Below, one piece after another: positions 18,956 to 28,617 of a stretch of 64,000 nucleotides of DNA. Where the stretch lies: the IMG/VR virus record IMGVR_UViG_3300028800_000001, positions 186,001 to 250,000 of that record; one strand, 5' to 3'. The position numbers and the translations under genes were made by a program. The notes under the pieces are model-generated. The model saw only the letters and a program-made list of their open reading frames with translations, ran no database searches and was not told where the DNA came from. Position 1 is the first letter of the stretch. Each line of letters begins with the position of its first letter.

Positions 18956-19095
18956 GAAAGAGACAAACGAAACGAAGAAACTTATCTGAGCACTGCTCTA
19001 ACCTAGCTGAGCTACACAGCGGTTTCCCTCTGTGGTCGGATTTGAACCGACGACCGGCGCTTTAAAACGAGAACATTTCCTCCACAGCCTCTTTC
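18956..19095 (-). ncRNA. yrlA: YrlA-type Y RNA unit 2
   Basis: GAAAGAGGCUGU...GUUUGUCUCUUUC; T arm GUCGG-UUCAAAU-CCGAC before D arm GCUC..GAGC (permuted tRNA). Confidence 0.85.
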
Positions 19096-19098
19096 GAA

Positions 19099-19236
19099 GA
19101 GTGAGACAAACAAACGAAGAAACTCTTTTTGAAGACTGCCTGTACCATTCGGCTACATACACGGATACCCGTCTACGGCTGGACTCGAACCAACATGTCG
19201 TCTTTGGTTGAGAACATTTCCTCAACAGCCTCACTC
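19099..19236 (-). ncRNA. yrlA: YrlA-type Y RNA unit 1
   Basis: GAGUGAGGCUGU...GUUUGUCUCACUC; T arm GUUGG-UUCGAGU-CCAGC, capped acceptor, D arm GCC..GGC. Confidence 0.85.
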
Positions 19237-19245
19237 GATAGAGGA

Positions 19246-19300
19246 AGTATAGCACACCCTTTGCGATACGTCAAGCGTTTCTTCTATGAGTTTTCAGAAA
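19246..19300 (-). promoter_or_regulatory. promoter of Y-RNA array
   Basis: TTGACG-17-TATACT with extended TG; TTTCTGAAAA box upstream. Confidence 0.8.
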
Positions 19301-19514
19301 GATTAGAAATCTCTTCCCGCTCACAGGAAAGATGATTGAGCAGATCGGTTGCGGCGTCATGCGCACCATGCACATCATCTGTGTAGCGCGCCTCGCTATT
19401 GTCGTAGCAGACAATGAGCTCTCCATGCTCGTGATAAAAAGGAAGTCCTGCTTGCGCGCACAGGTTCTTCACATCGTTCGGAGTATAATAATCAGGGTTT
19501 TCAAACTGTGTCAC
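19284..19514 (-). CDS. hypothetical protein
   Basis: 76-aa ORF, GGAGG RBS. Confidence 0.55.
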   Translation of the reverse strand: MTQFENPDYYTPNDVKNLCAQAGLPFYHEHGELIVCYDNSEARYTDDVHGAHDAATDLLNHLSCEREEISNLSENS

Positions 19515-19950
19515 TTTTGACCTCTTCTTTTAGCACACGGCGCTTTTGTACTTCATCCCAAACGGTGCGCTCTGCGAGCGTATTCAAATCTTCGGTGGCC
19601 GCTGGATCACTTTCAGCACACGGCCTCCATCCGTTCTCCCATTTGCACCAGAAACCATACTCACGGCACTCACGTATCCCAGGAAAGACACCATCCCATT
19701 TAAGGAGATGTGGCTCCAGGTGTTGCTCGTAGAGATCAGCCATTTCGTCAGTCAGTCCATTGGCGTAAATCCACGGAAAGCGCTGCTCCATTGTATCCGG
19801 CTCGATACCAAAGTAGAGATATTTGCATTCATCTTGAAGCATCTGCACGCCGCAGAAGGGGCAAATGTCTACGTCGCAGCCACCCTCATGCACTTCGCCA
19901 AAGGTGGCACCACAATCGTGACAATGATCTTGTAGTTCAAGCGGTTTCAT
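19501..19950 (-). CDS. Cys-rich Zn-binding hypothetical protein
   Basis: CHDC...HxxxCDxxxCPFC motif. Confidence 0.65.
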   Translation of the reverse strand: MKPLELQDHCHDCGATFGEVHEGGCDVDICPFCGVQMLQDECKYLYFGIEPDTMEQRFPWIYANGLTDEMADLYEQHLEPHLLKWDGVFPGIRECREYGFWCKWENGWRPCAESDPAATEDLNTLAERTVWDEVQKRRVLKEEVKSDTV

Positions 19951-20434
19951 GTGGCTCCTCTATCTTTGCCAGTACCAAGCGCTCTGGCCCACGATCATTG
20001 TTGTCCTGTTTCCAATAAAGCACTTCCACCTCATTTTGAAATGCGGCAAGCTGCAAGATGGCAAGCGGCTCTCCCGTGAGTCGATCTTCAGGATAGCAGA
20101 AAATCATCAATCCATTGGCCCCAAAATCGCACTTGAGGTGCAGCACTCTACCACTCACGCTATCTTCAACCGAATAAATTGTACTCATCCTACGTCGCTC
20201 AACAATCTGATTGCTGTCCACTCGCATTCGCCATCTTCGTAACGTATCCAGCGTTCATCAGCACTCGCATGATATCCACTAGGAGTACTCTGCTCATCGG
20301 CTGGATCGCCTGGAAGATGCAGCACTATACCAAGTTGGCCGTGACGATTTCCTCCTGGCTCTTCATGAAGAACACGTGTGCCTCGATCAAATTTCACTTT
20401 TTATTTCTCACTTTCTCTTTTTTTTATAGAGGTA

Positions 20435-20508
20435 TGCAGAAGACGAGATTCGAACTCGCATTCTCCTACTTGGAAGGCAGGCACGATTGCCATTTACGCT
20501 ACTTCTGC
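20435..20508 (-). tRNA. tRNA-Gly(TCC)
   Basis: cloverleaf, anticodon loop CT-TCC-AA. Confidence 0.85.
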
Positions 20509-20750
20509 GTGCGTTTTCTCTGAATACACTGGAAAACAAACCCCTTAAAGATTGTTACCAAGTTATTCTCTTTGTCCGTAATGCGAACGGTACTTTCCGG
20601 CTCCATTGACTTGACGAACCATGCGTAAACTTGCAGTGCTTCACGTACAGTTTCAGCACGCGTTGAAGCCTGCGTCATCTCTTTGAGTTCGTCAAGTCGC
20701 TCAATCTCTTCTTCGAAGAAGTCAAATTGCACCCGTATCTTTGGTTTCAT
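20499..20750 (-). CDS. ribbon-helix-helix (CopG-like) protein
   Basis: RVQFDF...TRAETVREAL; paralogs at 25196-25671. Confidence 0.65.
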   Translation of the reverse strand: MKPKIRVQFDFFEEEIERLDELKEMTQASTRAETVREALQVYAWFVKSMEPESTVRITDKENNLVTIFKGFVFQCIQRKRTQK

Positions 20751-21272
20751 TGCCAATCCAACAACTCCAGATCAGGAATGCCGCGTGCCCACTCCATGAT
20801 CTTTTGCATCTTCTCTTCGTCTGGTAACCCGCATACATTCGGAAACACCACGAGATCGTGGCGAATAACACCCACTGTTTGCGGATGATAATACGAATAA
20901 CAACTCACCGGATAACCGGCTTCTAGTTCAAGACCGAGATGCTGGGCACGCTCAATCAAGTCGATCTGACGTAGTCCATCAATGATTGTCTGTTTGGTGA
21001 TGCGGATCATTCTTTCTCTCTGTCAAGCTTGTCAAAGATTACTGTTGACTGAATATACTCTTGTAAGAAATTCGACAAATCTTCGTTGGAAATCACGACA
21101 AGATCAACATCTTTTTGTAACGCCCTGGCAAGGTTCTCTTGACGCCCATACAGATCACTAAACGCCCTCCCACTCGGAAGCAATTCGCTTGGAAAGATCT
21201 GACGTACGCGCCCCTCTGCCAAAAGGAGTACATAGTAACCAGGGGCATCGCTGCGCTGTACACATCCACTCA

Positions 21273-21584
21273 TCATAGTTCACGCTCCAATGTTAACATG
21301 GCGGGTATCACCGACACATTTGAATTAAACTCATCACCACCAGTAGTCTTTTCACGAGACCACGTGACCCGCGCCCACGGTGGTTGCGCCTCTTGATATG
21401 CCTGCATCAAACGCAAGCCAAGCGCCTCACTGAAGTAACACTCACCCGTGATCACCTCTTCTAATTGCTTTCTGGTGAAACGGTAAAAAGGTTTGGTCTG
21501 ATTGCTTTCGATGTAGTCGTCAATGTACTCACAAATCTCATCGAACTGCATTTCTGTATACCCCTTTGGGGCTCCTCGTGGCAT
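21273..21584 (-). CDS. hypothetical protein, tandem paralog
   Basis: GAPKGYTEMQF..., similar to 21587-21898. Confidence 0.65.
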   Translation of the reverse strand: MPRGAPKGYTEMQFDEICEYIDDYIESNQTKPFYRFTRKQLEEVITGECYFSEALGLRLMQAYQEAQPPWARVTWSREKTTGGDEFNSNVSVIPAMLTLEREL

Positions 21585-21586
21585 CA

Positions 21587-21898
21587 CTAGTCCTCTCGTT
21601 CTAAACAAAGTGCAGCTTCGATTGTATGGCTGCGCGATATCGCGTCTTCACCGTATGTCGTTGTCTCTGGCCTCCAGTGCACACTTCCCCACTTCGGTTC
21701 TGCCTCTTGATACACCTGCATTAAACGCGTGATAAACGCTTTGCTTGCGAGAAAGTGCCCAGTGATCGCGCCATTCAGCTCGGAGACTTCAAAAATGTAC
21801 TCCTCTTGCGTCTGATTCTCCTCGATATAACGGTCAATATAATCAACCGCTTCCATGAATTGTTGTTCTGTATACCCACGCGGGGCTCCTGCGGCCAT
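21587..21898 (-). CDS. hypothetical protein, tandem paralog
   Basis: GAPRGYTEQQF... Confidence 0.65.
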   Translation of the reverse strand: MAAGAPRGYTEQQFMEAVDYIDRYIEENQTQEEYIFEVSELNGAITGHFLASKAFITRLMQVYQEAEPKWGSVHWRPETTTYGEDAISRSHTIEAALCLERED

Positions 21899-22173
21899 TA
21901 TACTTGCCCCTCTTTCTCTTGGCGATACGCATCCATCCGACTAAAATCAGGACAAATTTGCGCACCCTTTGGAATATGTGGCATACCAGTCGTCACCTTG
22001 CCGTCTACAATCTCAACATGAACGCACGTCGCAGAAAGGATACGGCGTAAGCGCTCGTACTCCACCATGTTACCAGCGTCAAGCGCGGCCTGTATCTCTG
22101 TGAGCAACAATTGACCCGCTTCTGAAAAGTCCATAATTTTCTCTTTTCTTTCTCTTTAAAACAACATTTTTAA

Positions 22174-22245
22174 TGGGACAGGTGAGGATCGAACTCACGA
22201 CCTAACGCTTAAAAGGCGCTTGCTCTACCGCTGAGCTACTACCCC
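22174..22245 (-). tRNA. tRNA-Lys(TTT)
   Basis: cloverleaf, CT-TTT-AA loop. Confidence 0.9.
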
Positions 22246-22341
22246 AAAATCGCCGGAAGATGAGTGTGAAAACAGAAATTTACATTCAGGAGTTCTCCAC
22301 CGAATACCCATTGGTGGAAAAACTCATCTTCTTTTGAGTAA

Positions 22342-22415
22342 TCTGGATGGCAGGATTTGAACCTGCGACCTCCTGATTCCAATTCAGGCACGCTACCGAG
22401 CTGCGCTACATCCAG
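22342..22415 (-). tRNA. tRNA-Pro(TGG)
   Basis: cloverleaf, AT-TGG-AA loop. Confidence 0.9.
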
Positions 22416-22831
22416 TCAGTTTTATCATAGGTAAGCTTTGCTACCCTTTTCACAATTCCATCAAAGAATCCGCGCTCCCTCTTTGGCAACATCTTTCCTG
22501 AAGCACGATCAATAGAGCTGCATTCTTCTGCAACACCTTCCTCCTCTACAAAGGCATCTCGTGGAAGACTGCCATAAAAAATATAGTCGCACATCCAACG
22601 ATGAAGTGTTCGTGTACTCTGGCGTTCTTTCGGTGTGGTCACTGCGAGAAGCATTACACCGTTGCCAGGACCACCAAGAAACTCAGGTTCCCAGACTTGA
22701 TTTTCTCTCAGGTAGTTTTCAATTGCATTCTGACGGCTATACCAAAGATCATTTATATCGTTTCTCCGAGCATAGCGCGCAAACGCTTTATAATCTTTGA
22801 GTAATTCCATTGCTTCTCGCAAATCTTTCAT
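22406..22831 (-). CDS. hypothetical protein
   Basis: 141-aa ORF in co-oriented run. Confidence 0.6.
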   Translation of the reverse strand: MKDLREAMELLKDYKAFARYARRNDINDLWYSRQNAIENYLRENQVWEPEFLGGPGNGVMLLAVTTPKERQSTRTLHRWMCDYIFYGSLPRDAFVEEEGVAEECSSIDRASGKMLPKRERGFFDGIVKRVAKLTYDKTDWM

Positions 22832-23368
22832 TTATTTCCATTCCCGCGCTTTTCTCTCTTCGTGTATCGCTGCGTAGATCATAAGCGTATCTTCAGGAAT
22901 TTCCAGCGCGCTTGCGAGTGCGTCCATATCACGGCTCACCCGATAACGCTCTAACGCGACTAGAAGATTGATTGCCATTGGCCCGACACTGGCGTCACTG
23001 ACCTTTCGCCTCTGGCGATAAAGATAGGTTGCCACTATATCGGCAAGAAATGCGTCCTCGCGTTCCATTGGTATCGTTACTAAATTATCCATCATTAGCA
23101 CTCCCGTATCGGTGATTTTGTATTCTTCTTTCTTGATGCAAACCAAATGAGCATAAATCCAACGCCGCTAGCGCACCCGAAGATGAGCCCAAAGAAAAAT
23201 CCAATGAGGAACGTTGCAAACATTACTTCTCCTTCCGCAACCTTGTGACGCCATCAATAATCGCATGAAATGCGCTGGCGTCTTTCTTCCACAGGTGCGA
23301 AAGATACATCCACATGGCGGCTGCGCCAACACTTATCCCTGAGAAAAAGCAAAGAAGCACTATAACAA

Positions 23369-23719
23369 TCATGATTGCTGTTCCTCAATCACCGTACTAT
23401 TGAGAACGGTCTGGCCGTTATATATTGCCGTTCCGTCTGCCTCGATTCTGAGATATCTCCCAACGACGGTACTTTGCACCGTATGTCCAAGCGGGGTATT
23501 TATAATTATTCTCTTGATAGTGTCTGGCACGTCGTGGATAGAAATCGTACGCTCTTGCGGCTCGTCCAGACTCTCTACCACCTCTGCCCCATCAAAGGTG
23601 ATATCTTCGCCCACAATGCGTAGCGAACCATCAGGACGACTAGAGGTCGTCACAAAACTGGTGTTCTTCGCAATCATTTCCTGTGCCCAGGTAGGAAGTG
23701 TTGATTTCAGTCTTTTCAT
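23369..23719 (-). CDS. hypothetical protein
   Basis: 116 aa, AAGGAG RBS. Confidence 0.6.
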   Translation of the reverse strand: MKRLKSTLPTWAQEMIAKNTSFVTTSSRPDGSLRIVGEDITFDGAEVVESLDEPQERTISIHDVPDTIKRIIINTPLGHTVQSTVVGRYLRIEADGTAIYNGQTVLNSTVIEEQQS

Positions 23720-23735
23720 GATTTCTCCTTTTTAA

Positions 23736-23828
23736 TGAGTGAGGGAAGGAATCGAACCTTCCACAATCTTCTTTAAAAGATATCCGGTTTACCGGTCGCC
23801 GGACCCATTTCCGTTCTGGCACCCACTC
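23736..23828 (-). tRNA. class II tRNA (Tyr-like) with expanded 11-nt anticodon loop
   Basis: acceptor, T arm and long variable arm intact; loop CGACCGGTAAA. Confidence 0.6.
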
Positions 23829-23897
23829 TTACCTAGTCAGTATACCGCAGTCCTCATCAAAAGACAAGCGTTTTTTCACGGTATTTTCTGAAGAAAT

Positions 23898-23990
23898 AGG
23901 ATCGTGCAGGAGTCGAACCTGCGCCTCTCGTACATCTACGAGCATACTCGCCGTCAGTGGATGTCTCCACCAGTCTTATACGAACGATCC
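23898..23990 (-). ncRNA. tRNA-like RNA with hairpin inserted in D loop and no canonical anticodon loop
   Basis: GGATCGT/ACGATCC acceptor, GCAGG-TTCGACT-CCTGC T arm, CTCGTA-GATG-TACGAG arm. Confidence 0.6.
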
Positions 23991-24938
23991 AAAAACTATG
24001 CCGCTTCCACCAGGATCAGATCACTATGAATAACCTGCTCCAGGCCACGGCTGATACTTACATGAATATTGTAGTATCCTTCAACCTCTGGCAGAGTGAT
24101 TGCGCCTTGAAAGTGTCCAGGGGCAATTTCACGAGGAGCTACAGAATCAACTATCGGCTTATTCTCAAGCGCTGTGTTGCCAGGAAGCTCTTGCTCCCAT
24201 ATCAATGAGACAGATGCATGTGTTCCTGTAACTACTTCGCCACGCGCTGTCTCCACCATAAAATCAAGTGGGAGGACGCTCCCAGGAAAATGACTATCAT
24301 CCAATTCAAAGTGTGCTAAAAACATGATACTTCTTTCTTTAGTATCTCCCCTCTGGAAGCTCTGGCCTATTCTTCTCGAACCACTCCTTTGCCTCGTACC
24401 ACTGGAACCTCATACGACTAAGCCCCTGTGTACATAGGTTCCAGATGTGATACTGCGTAAGTCTGCTAGCATCAATGCTGCCCCTGGCAATAAGCCCCTC
24501 TTCATCGGCAAGCTTTGCGCGAAGGGTCTGATCAATCCAGTCTTCTCGACTACTCATAATTATTCTTTCTCACTTCCCCATTCATCAAAGGACTCTCGTT
24601 AGTATCGTATTTCCTGCATTGCCAATCCTGGCAATGCAAATAGGAGTTTGCATACTCATCTGATACCCTCCACCCTTCCAGCCCTGAAACATCATTCCAT
24701 CACAGAAATAGGCTTTAGCAATCAGTTCCTCTACCGTTTGCGGCGTGGTATTCGGTCTTTTCTGGTTGTACCCAGAGAGATCAAAGCCCAGTGCCAATTG
24801 GTTGTAATCACCACGCCAACTGGCGAAGGCGGTTGGAAACGCCTCTTCAAAATCGAAGTGCACACGGTGCTTTCTGTCTGGCAGCAGTTCTAATGCCTAT
24901 ATCAGTTGTCCCAGGTTCATAATCAGCTCTTTCAATAA

Positions 24939-25012
24939 CACGAAAGGGGTGATTCGAACACTCATCTCACCGTTTTGGAGACGGTTGCTTTAGCCAATTA
25001 AGCTACTCTCGT
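24939..25012 (-). tRNA. tRNA-Trp(CCA)
   Basis: cloverleaf, CT-CCA-AA loop. Confidence 0.85.
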
Positions 25013-25195
25013 ATGAGCAAGGCTAGCGCACGCCATATTCGCGCTGCATAACAGTCCAGGCATCAGCAATTGAAAGTTTCTCACGCTGAATGCGGTATAA
25101 TTCACGCTGGACAGGGGTGAGCCGCTCGTATGCCTCTTGATCAGTCTTTGGTACCATTCTTTTCCTCCAAAAGTCTTTTCTCTTTTATTCTTCTC

Positions 25196-25432
25196 CTACA
25201 AGCGAAAGAAAAAATTCGCCTCTAAACGAAATACCAACTCGCCGTCTTCGCTGCGCACTTCCAAGATGCGCTTCTCATTGCTTTGTTCAAGTAACCATTC
25301 ATATGCGTGGAGCGCGGCCCGTAGCACCTCTGGCTTCGAGACATCCTTCTCTTCGCAGAGTGTTTCCAGACGCGCAAACTGACGATCAGAAAAATCAAGC
25401 TGGACGCGTTGACGTTTTTCATCGTTAGGCAT
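25196..25432 (-). CDS. ribbon-helix-helix protein
   Basis: RVQLDF...SKPEVLRAAL. Confidence 0.65.
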   Translation of the reverse strand: MPNDEKRQRVQLDFSDRQFARLETLCEEKDVSKPEVLRAALHAYEWLLEQSNEKRILEVRSEDGELVFRLEANFFFRL

Positions 25433-25671
25433 TATGATTTCCTTCGCAGAAGATGAAAGAGCGTTGCAACTTCTGTTTGGTACACCAGTTCACCGCTCTT
25501 TTCATGAAGTTCGAATGTGCGCTCTCGATTTTTTGCTAGCCACGCGTACATACGCACTGCTGCGCGTACAAATTCCGGCTTTGTCATTTCTACCTCTTGA
25601 GACAAGGCATCAAACGCTTCAAAGGAAGCAAACACTTGATCAATCTCTTTGATAATTTGTTCTTCGTTCAT
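25432..25671 (-). CDS. RHH-like paralog
   Basis: TKPEFVRAAVRMYAWL similar to neighbour. Confidence 0.55.
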   Translation of the reverse strand: MNEEQIIKEIDQVFASFEAFDALSQEVEMTKPEFVRAAVRMYAWLAKNRERTFELHEKSGELVYQTEVATLFHLLRRKS

Positions 25672-25680
25672 ACCAGTCCC

Positions 25681-25863
25681 TTAGCGTTTCACGTATGCGT
25701 TGATTCCTATAAGCACATTCGTGCCTTCAACCTGCTGGTTACCAGAGGTCGTAGCAACACTAATTGATTTGCCAGTGGCGGTAAGACCACCGCGCTGCGT
25801 GAGATCAATGACGATAGTAAGTTTTTTCTTGTCGTCCGAGACAGTCATTTCGACATTTTTCAT
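25681..25863 (-). CDS. small beta-rich protein
   Basis: MKNVEM...GKSISVATTSGN, strong RBS. Confidence 0.65.
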   Translation of the reverse strand: MKNVEMTVSDDKKKLTIVIDLTQRGGLTATGKSISVATTSGNQQVEGTNVLIGINAYVKR

Positions 25864-25893
25864 TATTTTTTCTCCTTTACAACTATTTTAAAA

Positions 25894-26003
25894 AGTTGTG
25901 CGCAGAGGGATTCGAACCTTCAAGACTTTTCCTGCAACCCCAAGCAGAAAAGCCGTCTGACACATGTCAATATCAGCGTTTCACCAATAACGGTACACAC
26001 AAC
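25894..26003 (-). ncRNA. non-canonical tRNA with ~10-bp acceptor stem and very long variable arm
   Basis: GTTGTGTGTA/TGCGCACAAC, T arm TTCGAAT, ~11-bp extra arm, 8-nt anticodon loop. Confidence 0.55.
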
Positions 26004-26005
26004 AA

Positions 26006-26076
26006 TTCTCCTACCTCGATTCGAACGAGGAACACTTGGTTCAAAGCCAAGCAAGTTACCGTTACTCCATAGGAGA
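26006..26076 (-). tRNA. tRNA-Gln(TTG)
   Basis: cloverleaf, CT-TTG-AA loop. Confidence 0.9.
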
Positions 26077-26080
26077 TCGA

Positions 26081-26150
26081 TAGAGCGTAGCGGGATCGAA
26101 CCGCTCGTACAGGACTACACCTGCCACATCACCAAGATGTGTCACGCCCT
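26081..26150 (-). ncRNA. atypical tRNA-like RNA (6-bp D stem, 6-nt anticodon loop)
   Basis: AGGGCGT/ACGCTCT, AGCGG-TTCGATC-CCGCT, GCAGG-TGTAGT-CCTGT. Confidence 0.55.
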
Positions 26151-26243
26151 CTTGGAACACTCTCCTCGCGACCTTGAGTGCCCATCCACACAATCTGTGA
26201 GTCAGGAGACCGGCGATCAACCCGATATACCCTTTCTCACTTG

Positions 26244-26318
26244 TGGTGCCAGCGGGTAGGATTGAACTACCGACACCGAGCTCTTCACGCTCGTGCTCTA
26301 CCACTGAGCTACACTGGC
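26244..26318 (-). tRNA. tRNA-Phe(GAA)
   Basis: cloverleaf, GT-GAA-GA loop, encoded CCA. Confidence 0.92.
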
Positions 26319-26320
26319 AT

Positions 26321-26472
26321 ACGCGCATGCTGAAGAGTCGAACTTCAGACTTCCCTGCGAAAGAGATCAGGTAGCTACTACTGACGTTTTCCCTCTTTTG
26401 AGCACGCTAGCAACACTTCAAAAGCTGGACTCTTCGCAAAAGCGTGCTTGAGCCACAAACACCCCCGCGCAT
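26321..26472 (-). ncRNA. ~150-nt tRNA-like RNA with large insert
   Basis: T arm CTGAAG-TTCGACT-CTTCAG; AGCACGCT/AGCGTGCT helix. Confidence 0.4.
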
Positions 26473-26477
26473 GATTT

Positions 26478-26930
26478 CTAGTTATTGGCCTCTATAATAG
26501 CGCTCAAACGAGCGCGCTGCTCTGCATCTAGTCGTCCCATCCACTCCACCGTAATTACGCACATATCCTCAAAGCTAAGCTCAATATCGTGAGGCGTTAC
26601 GCCATCAGGGCAATAGCGAAGTACTGTCTTTTCAGGAAGCGCAGTAAAATCCATCGCAAGTTCAGTATTAATCCCAATATTATTGGGATCACCACCAAAG
26701 AGCACATGGTACACTTCTGGCGAAAGCCCCTGAAGGACAAATCCACCCCTGTCATCATCATCGAGATAATATTCATCGTTGATCAAGTCCAGATGATAAT
26801 TGGCTTCCTGCAATCGTCCGAAGACGAGACCGCTCGTAAGAAAGTACACCTCGCCTGAAATGCGGCGACCATCACTGGTATAGACGTACCGCGTCTCTTT
26901 GCGTTCTAACTGATCTTCCATTCTACACAT
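26478..26930 (-). CDS. hypothetical protein
   Basis: ~150-aa ORF in co-oriented run. Confidence 0.55.
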   Translation of the reverse strand: MCRMEDQLERKETRYVYTSDGRRISGEVYFLTSGLVFGRLQEANYHLDLINDEYYLDDDDRGGFVLQGLSPEVYHVLFGGDPNNIGINTELAMDFTALPEKTVLRYCPDGVTPHDIELSFEDMCVITVEWMGRLDAEQRARLSAIIEANN

Positions 26931-27763
26931 CCTTCTTTAAACAAGGGATCAACGTGTACGAGAGAAGTCCCTTTTCCGCAACGCTACAGAGGATCAACTG
27001 ACGCATTGTTTCGCTGAGTCCACGTCCACCCTCGACAGGAAGCACACCGGCATCAATGAGCACCTGCTCTGTACTTCCAAAGAGCCGATGATTATGATCT
27101 TTGCAAAGCTCTAAAAGCTCATAGATGGCAATTGCATCTTTGCGCGCAAACAAACTTTCCAGCACTAAGCGACTTGACATGACTGCGACCATCGGTACCT
27201 GTGTGCCATTGGTCAGCGTTGCCATTTCTATTTCTTCTGTCATAGATATTTTTCTCTTTTCATTTCTTGTTCAAATGCTTCCTCGCGCCTCTCCATACTT
27301 CTATAGCTGCAACTCATATGGTGGTGACAGACGCCGCAAAGATAGAGCGCCGTGTACAGATCTTGCGGTGCATACTTTCCATCAATAAAAGTATAGTCCT
27401 TTTTGTCGCGAATAAGAGCACAAGAGTCACCCTTTTCGCCGCACTCATCGCAGAGATAATGCAACGATAGACTTGGAAGACTGATAAACTGTTCTTGCGT
27501 AAGATTAGTAATCATTCTTCGCCTCCTATTCTTGCATTGATTCGAAATCAGCACGATCACTAGCCGCCCATCCCTGTTCTACATCGGTCTCTGCTTTCCA
27601 ATAGAAATCCTCCCAGGAAAAGCCTTCGCCAGTACTAGAACGAGCACCAATCTTTTTCGCAATCACGTGAATTTTCTCTTCCATTTGTTCAGGTGAAGAA
27701 TGGTGCTCACGAAATTCAATAGTTATTTTCATATACTCCCTCCATATATACCAAGTAATTATA

Positions 27764-27896
27764 TCCAGCTAGAGCGATTCGAACACTCTCCTGCTCCCCT
27801 GTTCGCCTGACTCTCACCAGCCCTGGAGGACCATCCCCAAAGAGGCGAGACAAAAGGCTACTAAGGGGTGCTATGCACGCCATACATCGTAGCTGA
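27764..27896 (-). ncRNA. tRNA scaffold with ~60-nt hairpin replacing anticodon loop
   Basis: TCAGCTA/TAGCTGG acceptor, D arm, CCCCT/AGGGG stem enclosing long hairpin, T arm TTCGAAT. Confidence 0.6.
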
Positions 27897-27926
27897 TCAA
27901 AATATCCTATATCGATATAGGATAAA

Positions 27927-27998
27927 TACCTCATGTGAGACTCGAACTCACGATCTGCTCATTGAGAATGAGCTGTCCTGCCGCTAGACGAATGAGGC
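27927..27998 (-). tRNA. tRNA-Glu(CTC)
   Basis: cloverleaf, TT-CTC-AA loop. Confidence 0.88.
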
Positions 27999-28010
27999 AA
28001 ATGGTGCCAA

Positions 28011-28096
28011 TTTCCAGAGGCAGAGTCGAACTGCCCTGAACCATTATTGCGACTGTACGGCCCCAACTCCGATGGTTGGCTCTCGAAGCTCTGGAA
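28011..28096 (-). ncRNA. tRNA scaffold with 27-nt anticodon insert and reduced D arm
   Basis: TTCCAGA/TCTGGAA, AACCAT/ATGGTT, GGCAG-TTCGACT-CTGCC. Confidence 0.55.
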
Positions 28097-28368
28097 AAGT
28101 GTGCCGTTTCTTGCAACGCGACCATCAGAGGTAGGCACACGCATCGTTCTGCTCTCCGTAGTGTTTTGTGTGCTTACGGATAAACCCACAGACAAGTTGG
28201 CTGCGCTCGACATTCGAAGCACGTGCGATACGCTCTCAATGAAGATGGGCGAAGAGCGGATCATTGGGTACTTGCCAATCCCAATACTGGCAAGCGCAAC
28301 CTTTTTTGTGATGGCGACACGAATGCACGCGTCATTAAACCTGCGTTTCCAGTGCTGGGTACCATCAA

Positions 28369-28442
28369 TACGGGTGGCGAGAATTGAACTCGGCTATTTC
28401 CTGTTTGAAGGACAGGCGGCTCGACCGTTTGCCTTCACCCGC
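28369..28442 (-). tRNA. tRNA-Glu(TTC) (C33 variant)
   Basis: cloverleaf, CC-TTC-AA loop. Confidence 0.75.
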
Positions 28443-28446
28443 AGGT

Positions 28447-28514
28447 TGCGAACAGAACGGAGTCACACCGTCATCTTCCTCTTACAAGGTGCTCTGTTCT
28501 TGAGCTATGTTCGC
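28447..28514 (-). tRNA. degenerate tRNA
   Basis: GCGAACA/TGTTCGC, GCTC..GAGC D arm, short anticodon arm, TGTGACT T loop. Confidence 0.45.
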
Positions 28515-28546
28515 GGTGTACCCGCATCTTCATGCTTCGACACCAG

Positions 28547-28617
28547 GAGACGAATGTAGGAGTTGCACCTACACGGGAGGTCATGACGCTCCTCGTAACC
28601 CTGCCGGTTCCTCGTCC
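28547..28617 (-). tRNA. degenerate tRNA (CAT anticodon?)
   Basis: GGACGAG/TTCGTCT, T arm TGCAACT, GT-CAT-GA. Confidence 0.4.

Noticed and set aside
18956-19236. Ordinary tRNA genes
   Set aside because: T arm precedes D arm and the acceptor is capped by a loop, which is YrlA topology
18628-19335. ORFs listed at 18628-18906, 18670-18876, 18998-19255 and 19129-19335
   Set aside because: They overlap the Y-RNA array and lack an RBS and protein-like composition
25894-26003. tRNA-Sec
   Set aside because: No TCA anticodon and stem lengths do not match the 8/5 fold
26321-26472. tmRNA (GGGGGTGTTTGTGG start resembles ssrA 5' end)
   Set aside because: Too short, no matching CACCxCCA 3' acceptor strand and no tag ORF; kept only as an unclassified tRNA-like RNA
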